Shown here one piece after another: positions 58,870-64,000 of a DNA stretch of 64,000 nt. Both the position numbers and the translations under genes were made by a program. The notes below the pieces were generated by a model. That model was not told the origin of the DNA. It saw only the letters and a list, made by a program, of their open reading frames with translations, and searched no databases. How positions within the stretch are numbered: position 1 is the stretch's first letter; each line of letters begins with the position of its first letter. This DNA comes from a virus (Duplodnaviria > Caudoviricetes), in IMG/VR virus record IMGVR_UViG_3300013936_000015, positions 72,533 through 136,532 of that record; one strand, 5' to 3'.

Positions 58870-59197
58870 GATATTATGAGTATTAGAGATGGTTATGAGA
58901 TGTGTTATTTTGGTAGCACGGAGTATAATAGAATTAACAATCAAAAGGTTGTTAATTACATATCTACAAAATATGGCAGAACGATTCAATTTAGGAAGAC
59001 TTTGGAGATTAAAAGACGGTAGATATCGAGACATTAATGGTCCACAAACTCTTGCTGCATATTCTGATGCAAAACAATAGGCACTAGGAAAGTCTTATCG
59101 TAATGGTGGTAAATTAGGTATGTTACGAGATAGTATAGAAAGAGCAGGAAGTAAATTATTTAGTTAATTTCAGATAATAAAAACAAAATTAATTATT

Positions 59198-59713
59198 ATG
59201 AAACAACAAATTTATCAGAATGGGTTCTGGCTTATGTTAGGACTATTAATAGGAGGATTATCAATCTTTTTATGTACTCCTAAACACAAGCCACAGCCCA
59301 TTACAATTCAATTAATGGATACAATAGTAAAGGATTCAGTTGTTGATAATTCTGAGAAGAATGTAAAACAGTTATCTTGTGAGGTGTCGGATGATACATT
59401 ACCAGAATTAACTGAATCCAATTTGAGGAATGCTTTAATAGAGCATAATATTCCTCATCATAAAATAGTATTAGCGCAAGCCAAATTAGAGTCTGGTAAT
59501 TTTAATTCTAAATTGACAAGAACTCATCAGAATATCTTTGGTATGAAAAAAGGCAATAGATATAGAAGATATTCTCATTGGCTTGAGTGTGTAAAGGATT
59601 ATAAAAAGAGAATTTCCAGCAGATATACTGGTGGAGATTATTTCTCTTTTTTAAGAAGGATTGGCTATGCGACTAATCCTAATTATACGAATTTGTTAAG
59701 GAGAATGATTTAG
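59198..59713 (+). CDS. Membrane-anchored GH73 glucosaminidase (FlgJ-like)
   Basis: AQAKLESG, NIFGMK, GYATNPNY; N-terminal TM; ends TAG-TAA. Confidence 0.85.
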   Translation: MKQQIYQNGFWLMLGLLIGGLSIFLCTPKHKPQPITIQLMDTIVKDSVVDNSEKNVKQLSCEVSDDTLPELTESNLRNALIEHNIPHHKIVLAQAKLESGNFNSKLTRTHQNIFGMKKGNRYRRYSHWLECVKDYKKRISSRYTGGDYFSFLRRIGYATNPNYTNLLRRMI

Positions 59714-59745
59714 TAATATCAGTCCCTCGTTTTGAGGGACTTTCT

Positions 59746-59797
59746 GGGGATGAAATGGTAAGTTAATTCTTCGCAGGTTCGATTCCTGCCATCTCCA
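59746..59797 (+). ncRNA. Anticodon-less tRNA-like element 5 with G3.U70 alanine identity
   Basis: GGGGATG/CATCTCC-A acceptor, linker AAATGGT..., GCAGG-TTCGATT-CCTGC T arm; resembles fused tmRNA termini. Confidence 0.75.
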
Positions 59798-59814
59798 CAA
59801 TTAAATATAAGAAT

Positions 59815-60258
59815 ATGAAAAATAAGAAGTTACACAACATTATTACTCATAGTAATATTGTCACAAGAGAGATAGTTGATAAGTATCCAGAATTAGAAGC
59901 AAAAGACATTTGTAAGATTAATCAATTAACTGATTTATTTATTTCTGTAAAGAATAATAAGAAGTTAATTGATATTCTACAAGAGACTACTTCTAAAGTA
60001 GTGGAATATATTAAAGAGAAAAAATTTCCCGATATAGTAAAATCTTCCAAGAATTATAAGAAATATAAAGTAGGTGATTTAGTTCAAATTATTCGTACAC
60101 ATACTGATGATATGAACAAAAAAGGAATTATCCAAGAGGTAAGAAATTCTTTCTGTAAGATTGCTATTTTACAAGAAAATGGCAGTCCAGAATTAAATCC
60201 TCAAAATAATAAACCAATTGTTAATAATCATACCTACTCTCAATTCAAGAAGGTTTAA
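59815..60258 (+). CDS. Hypothetical protein with C-terminal KOW/SH3-like motif
   Basis: YKVGDLVQI...KKGIIQEV. Confidence 0.55.
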   Translation: MKNKKLHNIITHSNIVTREIVDKYPELEAKDICKINQLTDLFISVKNNKKLIDILQETTSKVVEYIKEKKFPDIVKSSKNYKKYKVGDLVQIIRTHTDDMNKKGIIQEVRNSFCKIAILQENGSPELNPQNNKPIVNNHTYSQFKKV

Positions 60259-60452
60259 GATAAATTAACATCTATATAAATATGATATATGTATATTATG
60301 ATTGAATTTTTCATTTTATAAAATTCTCGGAAACTCATGGCCTTAAATGGGTTGACTTTTTCACAGTAGTTCAACAAGAAGCATCTGTTGGTTTGGTAAA
60401 CCAGAAGTAACCAAATTGTCTGTGAGGAGTTAGAGAATCTCCTCACATTCTT

Positions 60453-60524
60453 GCTTCCTTAGTATAAAGGTTATTATAGTTGATTTGTACTCATCAGATA
60501 CTGGTTCGATTCCGGTAGGAAGCT
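60453..60524 (+). tRNA. trnT: tRNA-Thr(TGT)
   Basis: GCTTCCT/AGGAAGC acceptor; loop TT-TGT-AC; T loop TTCGATT. Confidence 0.85.
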
Positions 60525-60533
60525 CTTATTAAT

Positions 60534-60607
60534 AGTCTAGTAACTCAATTGGATAGAGTAACGCTCTTCTAAAGCGTAAGTTATGGGTTCAAATCCCATC
60601 TAGACTA
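60534..60607 (+). tRNA. trnR: tRNA-Arg(TCT)
   Basis: AGTCTAG/CTAGACT acceptor; ACGCT-CTTCTAA-AGCGT anticodon arm. Confidence 0.9.
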
Positions 60608-60708
60608 CTTTATTCATAATGTTTGTTTGTTTTCCTACAGTCCCTGTCTTTTGATAAACTGTAGGAGTTTTTATGCCTTCATGGTGGAATGGTAGACACG
60701 AGGGACTT

Positions 60709-61020
60709 TAAAAAATCACATTTATAATGACAAGAAAAACCAATTGTATGTGAGTTGCATCATATTAATGGGGATTCTACTGATAATAGAATAGAGAATC
60801 TTTAGATTCTCTGTCCAAATTGTCATAGTCAAACTGATAATTATAGAGGTAGGAGTGTACAGAAGGAAACTTCTGATATAGAAGCTGGCTAATTCGGGGA
60901 AGGTATCGGCCTTTAAATGATAATAATCCCGAGCTAAAAAAAAATGCGTAGAGACTATACACCAGCCTCCTAAACAAATATTGCATGGAGAAGATATAGT
61001 CCAATAGAGAAAACTCTATG
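60709..61020 (+). mobile_element. Group I intron in the anticodon of tRNA-Leu(UAA)
   Basis: P AATTCGGGGAA, Q AATCCCGAGC, R GTAGAGACTATA, S AAGATATAGTCC, P3 GCTGG/CCAGC; follows U and ends in G. Confidence 0.9.
60731..60892 (+). pseudogene. Truncated HNH homing endonuclease remnant inside the tRNA intron
   Basis: KPIVCELHHINGDSTDNRIENL(TAG)ILCPNCHSQTDNY; preceded by TAA TGA and lacks a start codon. Confidence 0.75.
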
Positions 61021-61132
61021 AAAATCCCTTGGCCAGTAATGGCTGTGCGGGTTCGAGTCCCGCTGAAGGTACATAATTAAATTTGAATTTATAAGTATTT
61101 TTTAGAAGGCTTGTGAAAATCTTCTAAACTTT

Positions 61133-61205
61133 TCTGAGGTCAGTCAATTGGTTAGGCTAGATGTCTTATACACATCTTATTTGGGTTCAAGTCCCAACCT
61201 CAGGA
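61133..61205 (+). tRNA. trnI: tRNA-Ile(TAT)
   Basis: TCTGAGG/CCTCAGG-A acceptor; GATGT-CTTATAC-ACATC anticodon arm. Confidence 0.8.
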
Positions 61206-61280
61206 CAAATAAAAAAATGAAATAAAAAAATAAAATGAAATATATTAGATATTGTAGACACTGACTACAAGTGTTTGGTT

Positions 61281-61559
61281 CAGATGGGATGCGAGGTGAT
61301 TCCTGCACGGCCCATTTTGCCTAGGTTTAGTAGCTTGCACATTTACATAGCGAGTGAGGTTGAGCCTAACAGCAAGCATGATTAATAAACATGGTGGCCT
61401 GCCGAGTAGTTGTGAAAGGGTTGATGGAGTAAAGAGGCCTTTAAGGATAGTCTTTTGACGAACTCGCCCGGATATAAATAATCATGCAATACCTATCGAA
61501 ATCATAAGATAGGTCAGGCGGAGAATCAATCCGATGAAGAAATCTCGCACGCCCATATG
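61281..61559 (+). ncRNA. Candidate structured non-coding RNA
   Basis: GC-elevated, no credible ORF; long-range stems ATGGG..TGCGAG/CTCGCA..CCCAT and GCATGATTA/TAATCATGC; hairpin ACCTATC/GATAGGT. Confidence 0.5.
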
Positions 61560-61611
61560 TGAAGTAGATAATTGAAGAAAAAGAAGTCTAACTATTAATA
61601 ATACAGTAAAA

Positions 61612-61764
61612 ATGAAGAAACTTTTATTTATTTTTGGTTTGTTTTGTATGGTATCTTGTTTCAGTTCTTGTGGTAGTACTTCACAAGAAAAGAATGTAAA
61701 CGATTCTATTGATTCTACATCAGTAGATACTTTATCAGTAGATACTGTAGATTCTATTAAGTGA
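61612..61764 (+). CDS. Small lipoprotein (50 aa)
   Basis: MKKLLFIFGLFCMVSCFSS|C lipobox, then D-S/T-rich tail; terminator at 61794-61830. Confidence 0.7.
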   Translation: MKKLLFIFGLFCMVSCFSSCGSTSQEKNVNDSIDSTSVDTLSVDTVDSIK

Positions 61765-62051
61765 ATTAAGTAATCTTTTTTATAAATTAAATGTATCCCC
61801 AGTAGGAATTTATTCTTACTGGGGATTTTTTGTATATAGATATTATGATGGATATTTTATTTGTTTTATTTGTACTGTTTTGTATTTTTTGTTGTGGTTT
61901 CTCAGATAATAAAAAGTGCAAGAACATTTTTGGTACTGGATTAGTGATAGTAATTATTTTGATTATTTGTTGTTCAATATATAGTTGTACTCATCAATAC
62001 TGATTCAGATGGGAGTTATCATCTCTCTTTTAAGACGTATTTATTTTTAAT

Positions 62052-62648
62052 ATGGATTGTAAAATATGTAGTAATATTCCAGAATATCCAAGAAGGAACG
62101 TATTGGATGATACATTAGGAGTGTCGATATATGACAATAAGATAAGTTTAATATCTGACACTTCTGATATGTTAGTCCAATCTACTAATCATATTCCTAT
62201 TAATTTCTGTCCCATTTGTGGAAGAAAGTTAGTTCCATCTAAAATAGAGATATATACAGATGGAGCATTAAAGACTTCCACAAAGACAGGAGGGTGGGCA
62301 TTTGTAGTAGTAGATAATGGTTCTATTATTTATAAGAAATATGATAAGAAGGATAATACTACTAATAATGTAATGGAACTTGTAGCAGTAATAAAATCAT
62401 TAATATATATAAGAAAGAATCAGTTAGAGGATGTGACTATTCTAACAGATTCACAATATGTATATGGATGTGCTACATTAGGGTGGAAAAGAAAATCTAA
62501 TTTAAAATATTGGGAGATATTTGATAAACTGATAAATGGTTTAGATATATCTATCCAATGGGTAAAAGGACATAGTAATAATAAATATAATCAACAAGCA
62601 GATACTCTTGCAGTATTTGCAAGTAATTTATTAGATAGTATAAAATGA
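62052..62648 (+). CDS. rnhA: Ribonuclease HI with N-terminal zinc ribbon
   Basis: IYTDGA, TNNVMEL, TDSQY, WVKGH, NQQADTLA; CxxC...CPICG. Confidence 0.9.
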   Translation: MDCKICSNIPEYPRRNVLDDTLGVSIYDNKISLISDTSDMLVQSTNHIPINFCPICGRKLVPSKIEIYTDGALKTSTKTGGWAFVVVDNGSIIYKKYDKKDNTTNNVMELVAVIKSLIYIRKNQLEDVTILTDSQYVYGCATLGWKRKSNLKYWEIFDKLINGLDISIQWVKGHSNNKYNQQADTLAVFASNLLDSIK

Positions 62649-63469
62649 AAGATATTAGGATACAGAGTTGTATAACAGATAGGCAATATATTTCTTCTTA
62701 TCTGAAAGAAATTTCTAAATATAAACCTCTTCCTCAAGAAGAATTAAATAAACTTTTTAAAGAAGTAAAGAATGGAAATAAGAAAGCTGTGGATATTATT
62801 CTTAAATCCAATTTAAGATTTGTAATTTCTGTGGCTAAATCTTATCAAGGGTATAACATTCCACTTTCTGATTTAATTCAGGAGGGGAATATTGGACTAT
62901 TGAAAAGTATCCATTCTTATAATCCAGAAAAGAATGTTAAGTTCTTATCTTATGCTATCTGGTGGATTCAGAGTTATATTCTAAATAGTATTAAGAAAAC
63001 TAATAAGATAATTAGAATATCACAGCGGCAATATGATATTAATAATAGGATAAATAAATTTGTTAATCATTTTAAATTGAAAAATGAAAGAACTCCTAAT
63101 GATTTAGAAATAAAGAAAGCTGTTAATGTTACTGATTTAGAATTAAGTATATATCATTCTAGTATTAATAATATTTATAGTATTGAAGAGCCTATTAATG
63201 ATAATCAATTCATAAAAGATACTTTAAGGAGTGATGACGCATTCTTCTCTAGTATGGATAGAGAAGATGCAAAAGAAATAGTAGTAAAACTACTCTCATT
63301 TCTTCCTAAAAGAGAAAGAGAAATACTTAAATACTATTACGGGTTTAATAATTCTCCTCTTTCTACTGATAATATTGCAGAAAAATATAATATATCAAAA
63401 GAAAGAGTAAGACAAATAATTATTGCGTCTATTAATAAACTTAAATATTATAACAAAAAAATTGCTTAA
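62645..63469 (+). CDS. RpoD/RpoS-like sigma-70 factor
   Basis: YLKEI, NLRFVISVAK, DLIQEGNIGL, KFLSYAIWWI, SKERVRQI. Confidence 0.92.
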   Translation: MKDIRIQSCITDRQYISSYLKEISKYKPLPQEELNKLFKEVKNGNKKAVDIILKSNLRFVISVAKSYQGYNIPLSDLIQEGNIGLLKSIHSYNPEKNVKFLSYAIWWIQSYILNSIKKTNKIIRISQRQYDINNRINKFVNHFKLKNERTPNDLEIKKAVNVTDLELSIYHSSINNIYSIEEPINDNQFIKDTLRSDDAFFSSMDREDAKEIVVKLLSFLPKREREILKYYYGFNNSPLSTDNIAEKYNISKERVRQIIIASINKLKYYNKKIA

Positions 63470-63471
63470 TT

Positions 63472-63753
63472 ATGAACAAGGATGAATTTATTAACTTTAT
63501 GATTGATTATCATAAATCTCTTGATGATGCTGCTTATAATGAAGAATCTGTAATAGATCTTTTGGATTTAGATGATTCTTTTGTTTTAACCCTTAAAAGT
63601 AATTTTAAAAAGGATGGAGTTGATTATATTACTTGGTGGGAATATGAAAAAGCAGGTAATCCGGAAATAAAATTATTTGATGAAAATGGTAATGAAATTC
63701 CTTCAGAATCTCTTGATGATTTATGGGAAATAGTAAAAGACTGTATTAAATGA
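63472..63753 (+). CDS. Acidic hypothetical protein
   Basis: Intact ORF, coupled to neighbours. Confidence 0.6.
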   Translation: MNKDEFINFMIDYHKSLDDAAYNEESVIDLLDLDDSFVLTLKSNFKKDGVDYITWWEYEKAGNPEIKLFDENGNEIPSESLDDLWEIVKDCIK

Positions 63754-63971
63754 ACACCCCTATTTTAACTCAATCAGAAGAAGATAGTGCTCCTTGGAAT
63801 GATAAAACTATTCCAGTGGATGTTACTATCTCTCTTACAATGAGTAAGACAGTTTCTGTAGATATTAGCAATAAAGAGGACTTCAGAGATGAGGTCATCT
63901 CACAAGTAGATCTTCCATGTGATAAATATAAAGATTGGAATATTGATGATTTTGAAATTATAAAAGAATGA
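63750..63971 (+). CDS. Hypothetical protein (SAPWN motif)
   Basis: Intact ORF with ATGA overlaps. Confidence 0.6.
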   Translation: MNTPILTQSEEDSAPWNDKTIPVDVTISLTMSKTVSVDISNKEDFRDEVISQVDLPCDKYKDWNIDDFEIIKE

Positions 63972-64000
63972 ATTATTACGCATATTACACAATTAGTAGA

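Larger units (their letters stand above)
60675..61071 (+). tRNA. trnL: tRNA-Leu(TAA), exons 60675..60708 and 61021..61071
   Basis: Splicing restores AGGGA-CTTAAAA-TCCCT, a long variable arm and acceptor GCCTTCA/TGAAGGT-A. Confidence 0.9.

Noticed and set aside
59746-59797. Full tmRNA (ssrA) gene
   Set aside because: Only 52 nt, with no tag reading frame or pseudoknots between the ends.
60777-61004. Minus-strand ORF over the tRNA intron
   Set aside because: Antisense to the group I catalytic core; no protein features.
61281-61559. RNase P RNA or SRP RNA
   Set aside because: No GAGGAAAGUCC P4 motif and no SRP domain IV motif found.

Overview
64 kb of a crAss-like (Crassvirales, Bacteroidota-infecting) phage genome that uses two genetic codes. 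The virion, packaging, cargo and lysis genes (about 1-49200) read TAG as Gln (code 15). The supplied ORF track is therefore fragmented, and genes were rebuilt here by reading through TAG to TAA/TGA. Several early genes (50800-64000, + strand) end in TAG as a normal stop, and a tRNA-Gln-like amber suppressor (anticodon CTA) lies at the boundary. Recognisable modules: tail/muzzle and ring proteins; a major capsid protein split by a group I intron with a GIY-YIG endonuclease; a diversity-generating retroelement (RT, TR, VR) aimed at a tail-fibre tip; portal and terminase; a PD-(D/E)XK nuclease with a class 3 intein; a cargo/lysis cluster; an HTH Rep-like gene; OmpA-like, NlpC/P60 and GH73 proteins; tRNAs; RNase H; and a sigma factor. 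The least explained signals are five 43-52 nt anticodon-less tRNA mimics in early intergenic regions, a cas-less two-repeat CRISPR mini-array, a group I intron in tRNA-Leu(UAA), an in-frame TAG codon inside the DGR template, matched terminal motifs linking consecutive fibre proteins, and a candidate ~280-nt structured RNA. All calls come from reading the sequence by eye; no database searches were run.
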